Shown here: piece by piece, positions 1 to 9,543 of the stretch
Layout of the letters: each line of letters opens with the position of its first letter
How positions within the stretch are numbered: the stretch's first letter is position 1
Assembly (NCBI GenBank): GCA_963663165.1
Contig: OY760175.1
Span: 2,592,001 to 2,656,000, forward strand
From: an uncultured Desulfospira sp.
Lineage (GTDB): Bacteria > Desulfobacterota > Desulfobacteria > Desulfobacterales > Desulfobacteraceae
DNA: 64,000 nucleotides
Direction of reading: 5' to 3'
The notes under the pieces: model-generated
What the model was told of the DNA's origin: nothing
The model's database searches: none
Seen by the model: only the letters and a program-made list of their open reading frames with translations
Position numbers and translations under genes: made by a program

Positions 1-1
1 G

Positions 2-3000
2 GCCTTAAGCGGTGCCGGTGTATACAACAACGGGTCAAGCCCGGTTTTAACCGGCACGGTGTTTACGGACAACAGCGCCGGCTACGGCGGCGGGGCCGTA
101 TACAATTACAATGCATCCGCTCCCGTATTTTATAACTGCATATTTTCGGAAAATTTTGCCGCCTATGACGGCGGGGCCATTCATAATGCCTATAATTCTT
201 CGTCCCTGGCCGTGAACTGCACCTTTACCGGCAACCTTCTGGACAGCACCAACAGCGGCCACGGCGGTGGCATATATAACCGATCAAATTCCAGGACCGA
301 AATTGCCAATTCCATTCTCTGGGATGATGAGCCAGACGAACTCTATCCCACGGATTCCTTTACCGTCACCTATTCCGACATAGAAACCAGCACCGTTTTT
401 CCAGGAACGGGCAACATGAACGTCTCCCCTCTTCTGGATGCAACGTTCCACCTGGACGAAGACTCACCGTGTATTGACGCCGGGAGCAATGATGCGGTGC
501 CGGCCTTTCTTACCGTCGATTTCGAAGGTGACGGCCGGATTATCAACGGCGATGGGGATGATCCTGAGGCAGTCGTTGATATGGGCGCGGATGAATCGCC
601 TTTTGTAATGGTCACCCATGATCTTGCCGTTGGCAGTTCCGCCGGCGGGTCGGTAACCCAGCCGGGAGAAGGAATTTTTTCATTTGACCATGAGCGCATC
701 GTCGATCTGCTTGCCGTATCTGAAGGGGGGTACCGGTTTTTAAACTGGAGCGGCGATACCGGCCAGGTGGCCGGGATATTTTCTGCCCAGACCACCATTA
801 CCATGGACGACAGCTACAGCATTACGGCCAATTTTGAACAGGATATTGATCCTGACCTGGTGGTCACCGATGTCTGGGAGGAAAACGGCGGCATCTGTTA
901 CCAGCTTCATAATATTGGCGAGGCAACGGCCCTCAAAGGGCACTATACCAGGCTTGTGGTGAACAATAACACCGCAGCAGATGACCTGGTCGACAACGAG
1001 CTGCCGCCGGATGGAAGGATCAGCCGCTGCTTTCCCCAATACATCTGGGACTGCACCTCGTCTTCCGACGAGATAATGGTTTGTGCTGACGGGGCCGGGC
1101 AGATCACCGAAAGCGATGAAACAAACAACTGCCGCTCCGAGTCATGGCAATGTGACACCACGGCGCCCCTTATTACTGACCCGCCGGTCGTTTCCCAGGT
1201 GGACCCCTACACCGTGGACATCAAATGGGATACGGATTGCGACGCCGACAGCGTGGTCATGTTCGGCACATCAGCCGGCGTGTTCTCAGGACAGGCAGCG
1301 GACCAGCAGTCCAGCCAGAACCACCAGATTCGCCTGGAAAACCTTGCTGCGGGCACCACTTATCACTACCGGGTCCTGTCAACAGATGCCGGCGGCAACA
1401 CCATAGAAAGCAAAGACTTCTTTTTCCAGACCGCCCCCCTGGCAGACACAACCCCTCCGGTTGTCTCTAAATTAACGGCTGTAAAGGGAGACGGGGCACA
1501 GCTCTTTTACAAAGTCTTAGCACAGGTCACCGATGATACCGGCGTGGAACGGGTAGCGTTTTACCTGGATGGCACCCTTGTGGGGGTTGACTATTTAGAA
1601 CCCTTTGAATACAAACTGGCACCCGCGGATTTAGGGCTCAGCCGGGAGGACTTTTTTAAGGCGCACACCCTGACGGCGGTTGCCGTAAGTCATGCCGGCG
1701 TGGCCGGTATGGTTGATCTGCCCTTTGAGCCGGCCTATGAGTGTGCTGACATCAATATGGAAATGCAGGCCCCATATCCCGACGACACCTACTATATTGA
1801 TTACACCTCGGTTCCTTCTGGCACCACCATCCCTATCCGGGTCCGGGCCGCCATGACGGAACTGGACTGCCATTATTTCGGCATGTCCGGCCTTCCTCCC
1901 GGGGCCAGCAATTTCTTTTGTGATGAGATATACCTCCCGGTGACCGAAGTCCGTTTCTATGTCAATTCAGTGCTGATTGAAACGGTTACCCCTTCGGCAG
2001 CGGATGAATTCATTTTTGAGATTGACTGGGATATAAGCGGCAAAACCACCGGAACCTATTTCATCAGGGTGGACGCCATTGTGGATGATGAATGCCGCCA
2101 GACCATCACCAACACATTTGCCATTGAAAAAGGTGAGCCGGAGCTTGACGTCACCCGGGAAGTCACGCGCATAGGCAATTATTTTGAAATCCAGCTTCGC
2201 CTCCGGAACCGGGGGACAGCAACAGTCACCTTTGACCGGCTCGAAGATTCGGTTGACGGGTTTCAGCCCATCGAAAGAAGCGACAGCGACTATGATGTGG
2301 TCCCCAGCTGTAACAATGACGGCACCCATTGCGACGTTGAAATCGATTTTGCCGGCCGCTACTATGACCTTGCAGCCGGAGACAGCAAATGGGTTTCCTA
2401 TCTGGCCGTACCAATCCTGCACCCGCCCGATGAATCCGTGGATTACCGTATCGGCGCCACCCCGGTCCGGGTTGTTGATTATTATGAGATGCACCCCCAT
2501 GAATTCGACAGGCCGTGCGCTTTAACCCAAGATGATTATACCCTGTCAAGTGAAGTCAACCGGGCCATCAGGAATTCCGACTATCTGATCATCACCAATC
2601 CCGACAAGCTGTTTTCCACCAGCGCCGATGCGGCCGGTGTCAACAGCCTGCTGTCCGCCATGGCCGAACTGGCCAGCCTGCGCAACGCAATTTTGGGCTA
2701 TCTTTACGGGTCTGATTCCAATGATACCGGCTGGATCAAGGAGTGTATCCGGACATGGGGAACCCCCATGCAGGGTATGGACGGCGTTGATGAGCATTAC
2801 CTGTCAAACGGCTACCTGCTTCTGGTCGGAGAAGTTGAAATCATTCCCTCGTTCACCAAAACCGTTAAAGATAAATGGTGGTTCATCACCATTGCAACCT
2901 ATCATATTCACTTTACCGATATGCCTTACGGAGACACCAACGGCCGCATTGACCCCGAACTGAGTGTGGCCCGGATCATCGGTGATGACCCTTCCGAGCT

Positions 3001-4924
3001 GATCATCCCCATCCAGGCAAGCATCAATGTGATCAACGGCGAGCCCGGCTTTGAATTTGACCGGTCCCATGCACTCATCGTGAGCGGCAGCGGTGATGGT
3101 GTGTCTTCATTTGAAGGAAACCTGGATGATGTTGAAGATATCCTTGAGGATGAGTTTACCGTCACCAAAAGGAAAAAAAGGCGGGTTGAAGACTCCGGCG
3201 GCAACATCACCACAGAATTCAAGCTCTATGATGCCAACAAGGACCACTTGTTTTACCGGGATCACTGCAATCCCACGGCCTGGTCAGGCGTGATCGGCAC
3301 AAGCGATTTTACCGGTTCTGATCCGGTGGATTTCGAAGATGCCAAGCCCTTTGCCTTTGCCTGCTGCTGCCAGGCCGGCCAGTATGAGGATGACTCGGAA
3401 GATGCCGCTGACCGCACCAATATCGCCGAGTCTTTTTTACAGCATGGGGCGCCGTCCTATATCGGGGCAACGGAAAATTCATTCAGGGGACAGAACAACA
3501 GCGCGGCCAAATGGTTTTACAACCACTGGGTCAATACCGGCAAAACAGTGGGCCAGACCTTCAGGGAACTCAAAGTTCACCTTGGCGATTTCCAGGGCGA
3601 CTACTGGAGTTATGAGTATAACCTGTACGGCGATCCCAAATATGGCGGCAGCGGTGTGGCGGCAGCGTCTCTGGCTTCAAAGGCAATGACACTGCCGGAA
3701 TCCCCCTATGGGCTGGTGGTGCCTGATTATGAAGTCAAATCACTCAACGGCGAGGACCATGTGAGCATTCCCGGCGGCAATATGATTCTGGCCGAAGACA
3801 AGCCCGCAGTTCCCTATTACAAGGTCAGTATTGAATTTCCTGAAGGATATGCCGTCCATGACGTCACCTTGGAAGAGCGTTCGGAACCGATCACCACCAC
3901 CGGGCTTAACATCCCGCTTTCCGAGATGGGCCTGGATAATTCAACCGCAGGCAGCACCGCTTCCGCCGCAGGGGGAGAAGAGTGGTGGCCTCCCCAGGAG
4001 GCGGTTTTTGAGTATCAGTTTGAAACAAGGCCTGACAGGACATCGGTGCTGACCATCACCGTTTTCCCGTTTTACTACAATGGCCTGACCACCGATGCAA
4101 AATTCTACAAAACCTACACCTTTAACATTGACTATGATTCGGGCGGGGTGGGCATTGCCCTGCTTTCCACAGAAAAGGAAAATTATGCTCAAGGGGAAAT
4201 CGTTCAGGCAGACCTGTGGCTCACCAGCGCGGAAGACCCCCAGGATGTGATTGTCGAGGTTCTGGTCAAAGAGGAAAGTTCAGATGAGGTGGTTGACGGC
4301 CTGCTTTTGCGCACCTTAAGCCAGGTCACACAAACCGCATATTTTGCCCTTGAATGGGACAGCAGCAATTTTCCTGCCGGGGCCTATTATCTTGAAGCCA
4401 ATATCAGGGACAGCTCAGGCCATCTCATAGACCGGCGGAATAAATCCATCAGTACGGGGATGGCCTCCATAGCCATTACAGATTTTACGGCGACACCGGA
4501 TGCCCCGTATATCAATACCGGGCTTGAATTTAAAAATATTGGCAGCGTTGATGTTTCCGGCAAAGCGATCATTATTATACAGGACAGCCAGGGGGCCGTT
4601 GTTGCCGAATTTCCCCATGATTTTGAAGATCTGGCCCCATGGGGGAGCCTGAGCTTTGCTGACAGCTGGGATCCCTCCGGGGCCAGTGGCCAGACATATC
4701 ATTTCCAGGCATATGTTCTATATGACAGCGGGTGTTCTGAAGTCCGCAGCCTGTCGGTTCCCTTATGCCTGGACCTGAATGAATTTGCCCAAAGCTTTGG
4801 TTCCGCATCCGGCCAGGGCCATTATGATGCTGCCTTTGATTTTGACCGGGATGGCGATGTGGACGGTAAAGACCTGTCCGTCATAAACATCTACAGTCCC
4901 CTGCGGACATGGGGGTGTGAGTAG
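2..4924 (+). CDS. Large secreted multidomain protein (5'-truncated): beta-helix/choice-of-anchor Q, InlB-B-like repeat, CARDB, FN3, Ig-like domains, peptidase C25 (gingipain-like) domain, C25 propeptide-like domain, C-terminal dockerin/EF-hand-like motif
   Basis: Frame is open from base 2 (ALSGAGVYNNGSSP...). Motifs: GGGAVYN repeats, FHLDEDSPCIDAG..VDMGADE, GYRFLNWSGD, PDLVVTD..ESDETNNC, LENLAAGTTYHYRV, DYLIIT..YLLLVG..SVARI, FYRDHCNPTAW (His), FAFACCCQAG (Cys), YNLYGDP, DFDRDGDVDGKDL. Confidence 0.8.
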   Translation, partial: ALSGAGVYNNGSSPVLTGTVFTDNSAGYGGGAVYNYNASAPVFYNCIFSENFAAYDGGAIHNAYNSSSLAVNCTFTGNLLDSTNSGHGGGIYNRSNSRTEIANSILWDDEPDELYPTDSFTVTYSDIETSTVFPGTGNMNVSPLLDATFHLDEDSPCIDAGSNDAVPAFLTVDFEGDGRIINGDGDDPEAVVDMGADESPFVMVTHDLAVGSSAGGSVTQPGEGIFSFDHERIVDLLAVSEGGYRFLNWSGDTGQVAGIFSAQTTITMDDSYSITANFEQDIDPDLVVTDVWEENGGICYQLHNIGEATALKGHYTRLVVNNNTAADDLVDNELPPDGRISRCFPQYIWDCTSSSDEIMVCADGAGQITESDETNNCRSESWQCDTTAPLITDPPVVSQVDPYTVDIKWDTDCDADSVVMFGTSAGVFSGQAADQQSSQNHQIRLENLAAGTTYHYRVLSTDAGGNTIESKDFFFQTAPLADTTPPVVSKLTAVKGDGAQLFYKVLAQVTDDTGVERVAFYLDGTLVGVDYLEPFEYKLAPADLGLSREDFFKAHTLTAVAVSHAGVAGMVDLPFEPAYECADINMEMQAPYPDDTYYIDYTSVPSGTTIPIRVRAAMTELDCHYFGMSGLPPGASNFFCDEIYLPVTEVRFYVNSVLIETVTPSAADEFIFEIDWDISGKTTGTYFIRVDAIVDDECRQTITNTFAIEKGEPELDVTREVTRIGNYFEIQLRLRNRGTATVTFDRLEDSVDGFQPIERSDSDYDVVPSCNNDGTHCDVEIDFAGRYYDLAAGDSKWVSYLAVPILHPPDESVDYRIGATPVRVVDYYEMHPHEFDRPCALTQDDYTLSSEVNRAIRNSDYLIITNPDKLFSTSADAAGVNSLLSAMAELASLRNAILGYLYGSDSNDTGWIKECIRTWGTPMQGMDGVDEHYLSNGYLLLVGEVEIIPSFTKTVKDKWWFITIATYHIHFTDMPYGDTNGRIDPELSVARIIGDDPSELIIPIQASINVINGEPGFEFDRSHALIVSGSGDGVSSFEGNLDDVEDILEDEFTVTKRKKRRVEDSGGNITTEFKLYDANKDHLFYRDHCNPTAWSGVIGTSDFTGSDPVDFEDAKPFAFACCCQAGQYEDDSEDAADRTNIAESFLQHGAPSYIGATENSFRGQNNSAAKWFYNHWVNTGKTVGQTFRELKVHLGDFQGDYWSYEYNLYGDPKYGGSGVAAASLASKAMTLPESPYGLVVPDYEVKSLNGEDHVSIPGGNMILAEDKPAVPYYKVSIEFPEGYAVHDVTLEERSEPITTTGLNIPLSEMGLDNSTAGSTASAAGGEEWWPPQEAVFEYQFETRPDRTSVLTITVFPFYYNGLTTDAKFYKTYTFNIDYDSGGVGIALLSTEKENYAQGEIVQADLWLTSAEDPQDVIVEVLVKEESSDEVVDGLLLRTLSQVTQTAYFALEWDSSNFPAGAYYLEANIRDSSGHLIDRRNKSISTGMASIAITDFTATPDAPYINTGLEFKNIGSVDVSGKAIIIIQDSQGAVVAEFPHDFEDLAPWGSLSFADSWDPSGASGQTYHFQAYVLYDSGCSEVRSLSVPLCLDLNEFAQSFGSASGQGHYDAAFDFDRDGDVDGKDLSVINIYSPLRTWGCE

Positions 4925-4981
4925 GCGTTCTTTCGCCTCAATTTTGCTGCACCCTTTTTGGCGGACCTTCTGCGGGGAATG

Positions 4982-6235
4982 CTAACTTAAGATTTTATCG
5001 GCAAAGCTTTCAACAATATGGTCCAGGCGGGTCCATCCCTTTTTATTGAGCCTGAAATGGCGGCCTGCCTTGGGGTGGGGTGTGGTGGACGCCGTGCAGA
5101 CTTCTCCCAAATGCTGATCTTCAATGTGCCGGATGACGGGGGCGAACCGGGTTTGAAAGACCTGGCTGAACTTAAGGTTAAAGGCGTCCATGTCAATCCC
5201 CTCCCGGGTCCTTAAGCCCAGCATGATCCATTCAAGTTCCTGCTGGCGCAGGGTCAGGGTTTCGATTTGCCCCGGGGGCAGTTCACCGGCTTCAAGGCGG
5301 CTCAGGTAACCGGTAAGGCCCGGAAGGTTCCAGGACCTTTGAAGGGCATGGTCCGGCCCCTCTAAAAAGGAGTGGGCCGCCGGTCCCAGTCCCAGATAAG
5401 GGGTAAAGTTCCAATAGTTTGAATTGTGGCGGGACCGGTCCTCAGGCCGGCGAAAAAAATTAGAAATCTCATAATGGGCAAACCCGGCCTGCTCAATCCA
5501 GTCAGATCCTTTCAGGAAAAACTGGATTTTCTTTTCCGAGGGGCCGTCCCCGGAAAGGCAAATCCGGTTTTCCGCCGCCATTTTGCCCAGCGGCGTATCC
5601 GGCTCAACCGTGAGCATGTAACAGGACAGATGGGAAGGCCCAAAGGAAAATGCGGTGTCAAGGTCTGTTTTCCAGGTGTCTATGGTTTCATCGGGAAGGG
5701 CAAACATCAGATCAATGCCGATATTTTCAAACCCGGCTTTTCTTGCCTGTTCAATGGCCTGAACCGATTGGCGCTCCGAATGGATCCGGGTTAAAAATTT
5801 AAGTTTATCCCGGTTAAAGGACTGGACCCCTAAAGAAAGGCGGTTAATGCCGGCCGATTTCAGTCCCGTAAGGCTGGTCCGGTCCAGGGTGCCGGGGTTG
5901 GCCTCAAGGGTGATCTCTGCTTTTCGGGATATGCCGCAATACCGGTCAATGGATTCTAAAATCCGGGCAACGGCCTGAACCGGCAGCACCGAGGGCGTCC
6001 CCCCGCCCAAATATACGGTTTCAACCTTTGGGGACCGCATTTTGGACCGGGCAGCGCCGTAAAGCCCCGGATCCTGGCATTTCAACCGGATTTCCGTTTC
6101 AAGGGCCGACACAAATGCGGGGATTTTATTTAAATCCGGGGTGGAATAAAAATCACAGTAAATGCATTTCCGGATGCAGAACGGGACATGAATATAAATG
6201 GAAACCGGTTCAGACAAAGCGTTCCATGAGTTCAT
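4982..6235 (-). CDS. hemW: Radical SAM heme chaperone HemW (HemN-like)
   Basis: YIHVPFCIRKCIYCDF (CxxxCxxC), GGGTPS, EANP, RLSLGVQSF, YEISNF, HNSNYW (HNxxYW typical of HemW); ATG at 6235 overlaps the end of the upstream gene. Confidence 0.88.
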   Translation of the reverse strand: MNSWNALSEPVSIYIHVPFCIRKCIYCDFYSTPDLNKIPAFVSALETEIRLKCQDPGLYGAARSKMRSPKVETVYLGGGTPSVLPVQAVARILESIDRYCGISRKAEITLEANPGTLDRTSLTGLKSAGINRLSLGVQSFNRDKLKFLTRIHSERQSVQAIEQARKAGFENIGIDLMFALPDETIDTWKTDLDTAFSFGPSHLSCYMLTVEPDTPLGKMAAENRICLSGDGPSEKKIQFFLKGSDWIEQAGFAHYEISNFFRRPEDRSRHNSNYWNFTPYLGLGPAAHSFLEGPDHALQRSWNLPGLTGYLSRLEAGELPPGQIETLTLRQQELEWIMLGLRTREGIDMDAFNLKFSQVFQTRFAPVIRHIEDQHLGEVCTASTTPHPKAGRHFRLNKKGWTRLDHIVESFADKILS

Positions 6236-7370
6236 CAATCACCCGGTCCACATTGTCCGGTGTCACCCCGTAATACTCACAGGCCATGCGGACCTGGTCC
6301 ATATGGGTGTTGTTGGCCATGTCCCCTAAGCTTCTGAAAAGCCCCAGGCGCCGGCCGATCTGGTAAAAGACCTGGTCTTCGGGATTTAAATCAAAAAAGT
6401 CGTCAATCACCTTTATCATCCGGTCCTTGTCCCAGGGAAGCCGGCCTTCAATGGTCTCAAACAGGTTCAGGATATGGTCGCTTTTGATATAAGAGTCGAT
6501 CCCGTTCAGGCTTTCTAAAAAGACGCGGATCTCCTTGGCAATCATGGTGTCGGTGGGTTTTTCAAATATTTTCTGGGCCGCCTCGTCAGAAAGCTGGGTC
6601 CCGGGGATGAGGGCGACGGTCCGAAGCCTTATAAATTCCGGGTTGATGTGGTTCAGGGCCGAAGCGGTTTCAAGGGCATGCTCAATGGAAAAGTCAATGC
6701 CGCCCAGGCCCGGCATCACATATTCGGAAAGTTCCATGCCGGCCTGTTTAACCTTTATGCCGGCCCTGATGTGGGTGTCTTTGTCCACCCCTTTGTTGAT
6801 CCGGGCCAGGACCCGGTCTGATCCGGATTCCATGCCGATGTGAATCCGGTTGAGCCCGGCCCGGGCCATTTTTTCAAGGTCCCTGTCATTTATCCGGACT
6901 ATGGTATGGCTTCTGGCATAGGAGGTGATCCGCTTGGCAAAGGGAAAGCGTTCCCGGATATGTTCCAGAATCCGGATCAGGTTTTCAGGTTTGATAATCA
7001 GAGAATTGGCATCCTGGAGGAAAATGGACTCCATGCCGGCTGCATACCAGTTCATGGCCGCGTTAAAGGCTAAGCGGTCCTTTTGTTCAAAGCGGTTAAA
7101 CAGGTTGGAGATTTGTTCCTGGGAAATAGAATTGCCGGGAAGGCCGGTGGCTTTGATTCCCCGGATATAGGTATGAATCAGGTCAATATCCCGGATAATA
7201 TGGTCCACCGGCCTGAAGGAAAATTTTTTGGATTTATATACCGGGCAGAAGGTGCAGTGGTTCCACGGGCAGTTCCGGGTCAGGCGCAGCAACAGGCTGT
7301 ATGCCTCGCTGGGCGGCCTTATGGGACCCTGCTCAAATCCCCGGTCTTGGCTGGTCCTGTTCTCTTCCAT
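6210..7370 (-). CDS. Radical SAM protein of unknown function
   Basis: IRPPSEAYSLLLRLTRNCPWNHCTFC (CxxxCxxC), FLQDAN, IHIGMESGSD, MPGLGG, IKSDHILN. Confidence 0.85.
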   Translation of the reverse strand: MEENRTSQDRGFEQGPIRPPSEAYSLLLRLTRNCPWNHCTFCPVYKSKKFSFRPVDHIIRDIDLIHTYIRGIKATGLPGNSISQEQISNLFNRFEQKDRLAFNAAMNWYAAGMESIFLQDANSLIIKPENLIRILEHIRERFPFAKRITSYARSHTIVRINDRDLEKMARAGLNRIHIGMESGSDRVLARINKGVDKDTHIRAGIKVKQAGMELSEYVMPGLGGIDFSIEHALETASALNHINPEFIRLRTVALIPGTQLSDEAAQKIFEKPTDTMIAKEIRVFLESLNGIDSYIKSDHILNLFETIEGRLPWDKDRMIKVIDDFFDLNPEDQVFYQIGRRLGLFRSLGDMANNTHMDQVRMACEYYGVTPDNVDRVIDELMERFV

Positions 7371-7444
7371 TTCTTCAATTGTCCTGTTTGGGATGGTGTT
7401 GGTTTTTTATAGCATCCATTACCCGTATTGGGCAATAGTTTAGG

Positions 7445-7479
7445 CTTGGGATTTGGGATATGGGACTTGGGATTTGGGG
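7445..7479. repeat. Tandem heptamer array (Y(T/A)TGGGA x5)
   Basis: cttggga tttggga tatggga cttggga tttgggg. Confidence 0.9.
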
Positions 7480-7906
7480 TCCGTTAGGGCAGGTTTATAA
7501 GGAAAATTGTGCGGCAGATATAGAGCTGGCGGCTCATATTCAAATCCAAACATTTTGCTCGTCTTATTTTAATTTTAGCCTAATTTAATGAAAACAATTC
7601 CCCCCTATAGTCAATTTCCAGTAAGTCGGTCATTCACCAACCGTACAATTTAAAACTTGTAAATTTCCCAATCCATGGGCCCCGGATTGGTCAAGGATCT
7701 TTGTGCGAGTGTGAGTTAACCCCGAAACCGGTTTTCTTTGGGGCCATGGCGTCTAAACCGCGGCAGGCCTCAAGCCCCTTATGCCAAAGGAGGTGGTAAA
7801 CAAACAGGTGTTTTCGAAACACCGGCGGTCTTTTTCTTAAATTTCCAAACCTAACTTTTCAACCTAAGTTTTTATCAACGAACCATTACAAAAAGGAATA
7901 AAACAA

Positions 7907-9448
7907 ATGCTTAATTTTAAAAAGGTTTTAAACGGCGGCAAGATTGCTGCTGTATGTGTAATTTCTCTGTCCCTTTGCATGGGAACCGGATTTGCGGCTT
8001 CCAAAACCAGAGCCAAAAAGACAACGGCTTCAACCGGCCCTAAATATGTATTTTACTTCATTGGTGACGGTATGGCCAATGTTCAGATCCATGCGGCTGA
8101 AGCCTACCTGGCAGCCTTGAATGAAGATGATGCCACCCCCGGCAGCGTCAAAGCCAACCTCTTAACCATGAGCACCTTCCCGGTTCAGGGCATGTCCACC
8201 ACCTTTGCCGACAACCGTCTGATCACTGACTCTGCCGCTGCCGGCACCGCCCTTGCCTGTGGCCAGAAAACCCTGGTGGGGGTGATTTCTAAAGATTCTG
8301 AAGGGAACAACATTGCCACCCTGGCAGAAAAAGCCAAAGCCCAGGGCAAAAAAGTGGGGATCTTAAGTTCTGTTACCATCAACCATGCTACCCCGGCTGT
8401 TTTCTACTCTCATAACGCTTCCCGTAACAACTACGGGGATATTGCTGAAGATCTGGCCAACTCAAACTTTGATTTTTTTGGCGGCGGGTTCTGGAACAAA
8501 GCAGCCAACGTTAAAGAAGAAACAACTGCAGCTGCCAACGGTTTTACCATCACCACCAGCCTGGCAGAACTTCAAGGCGTTACCAACGGCACAAGGGTTA
8601 TTGCCTTTGACGAAGCCCAGGGCAACACCACTACCGGCGAGCATCACGGCGCCCTGCGATATGAAATGGACCGCGGATATGTAAACGGCATGTCCCTGGC
8701 TGATTTCACCGGAGAGGCCATCCGGATTCTGGACAATGACAACGGCTTTTTCATGATGGTTGAAGGCGGCAAAATCGACTGGGCCTGCCATGCCAATGAC
8801 GCCCGGGCTGCCATTGATGACACCATTGCCTTTGACGACGCCGTTGCAAAGGCGGTCGAGTTCTACAACGCTCATCCCGATGATACCCTTATTGTTATCA
8901 CCGGTGACCATGAATGCGGCGGTATGACCATTGGATTTGCCGGAACCGCTTATGATACGTTTTTTGAAGTTCTTGAAAAACAGACCATGTCTTTTGAGTG
9001 GTTCGACAACACCGTTTTGACTGCTTATCTGTCCACTCATGCGGTAGTTGCGGATATTGATGCAGACATGTGGCAGATCATCCATACCAACTTCGGTCTT
9101 GACGGGAATGGAATTTCACCAAGCACTGATGATGACCTGACCGATTATCAAAAAGATCAACTTGAAGCTGCCTTTGACGAAACCTATGAAAAGGCCGCTA
9201 ATTCAAACTGGAGCAAAACTTTATCTGAACAGGAGTATCTGCTTTTTGGCGGATATGAACCCCTGACCGTAACCTTGACCCACGTTCTCAACCAGAGAGC
9301 CGGTATCGCTTTTACCTCTTACTCCCATACCGGCGTGCCCGTAATGGTTCTGGCCATGGGAAAAAACGCTTCTGTGTTTGACGGATTTTACGACAACACG
9401 GATGTTGCAAAGAGAATTGCCCAGGTTATGAATGTCGACCTTGACTAA
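7907..9448 (+). CDS. phoA: Alkaline phosphatase (PhoA family), secreted
   Basis: Signal peptide; FIGDGM, ITDSAAAGTA (Ser nucleophile), NHATPA, VEGGKIDWACH, TGDHECGG, HTG; SD aagga upstream. Confidence 0.92.
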   Translation: MLNFKKVLNGGKIAAVCVISLSLCMGTGFAASKTRAKKTTASTGPKYVFYFIGDGMANVQIHAAEAYLAALNEDDATPGSVKANLLTMSTFPVQGMSTTFADNRLITDSAAAGTALACGQKTLVGVISKDSEGNNIATLAEKAKAQGKKVGILSSVTINHATPAVFYSHNASRNNYGDIAEDLANSNFDFFGGGFWNKAANVKEETTAAANGFTITTSLAELQGVTNGTRVIAFDEAQGNTTTGEHHGALRYEMDRGYVNGMSLADFTGEAIRILDNDNGFFMMVEGGKIDWACHANDARAAIDDTIAFDDAVAKAVEFYNAHPDDTLIVITGDHECGGMTIGFAGTAYDTFFEVLEKQTMSFEWFDNTVLTAYLSTHAVVADIDADMWQIIHTNFGLDGNGISPSTDDDLTDYQKDQLEAAFDETYEKAANSNWSKTLSEQEYLLFGGYEPLTVTLTHVLNQRAGIAFTSYSHTGVPVMVLAMGKNASVFDGFYDNTDVAKRIAQVMNVDLD

Positions 9449-9469
9449 GGTTTAACTCAAGCAACTGAT

Positions 9470-9516
9470 TCTGCAAAGTGCCGGTTCCAGGGCGTTTCCC
9501 TGAGGCGCTTTGCAGA
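9470..9516 (+). other. Intergenic stem-loop after the phosphatase gene (mRNA stabiliser or partial terminator)
   Basis: tctgcaaagtgcc...ggcgctttgcaga inverted repeat. Confidence 0.5.
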
Positions 9517-9543
9517 TGATTTTTACCGTATAGAGAAGGAATT

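Noticed and set aside
7660..7840. Known riboswitch (c-di-GMP, cobalamin, SAM, TPP)
   Set aside because: No diagnostic conserved core recognised; reported only as an unknown structured leader
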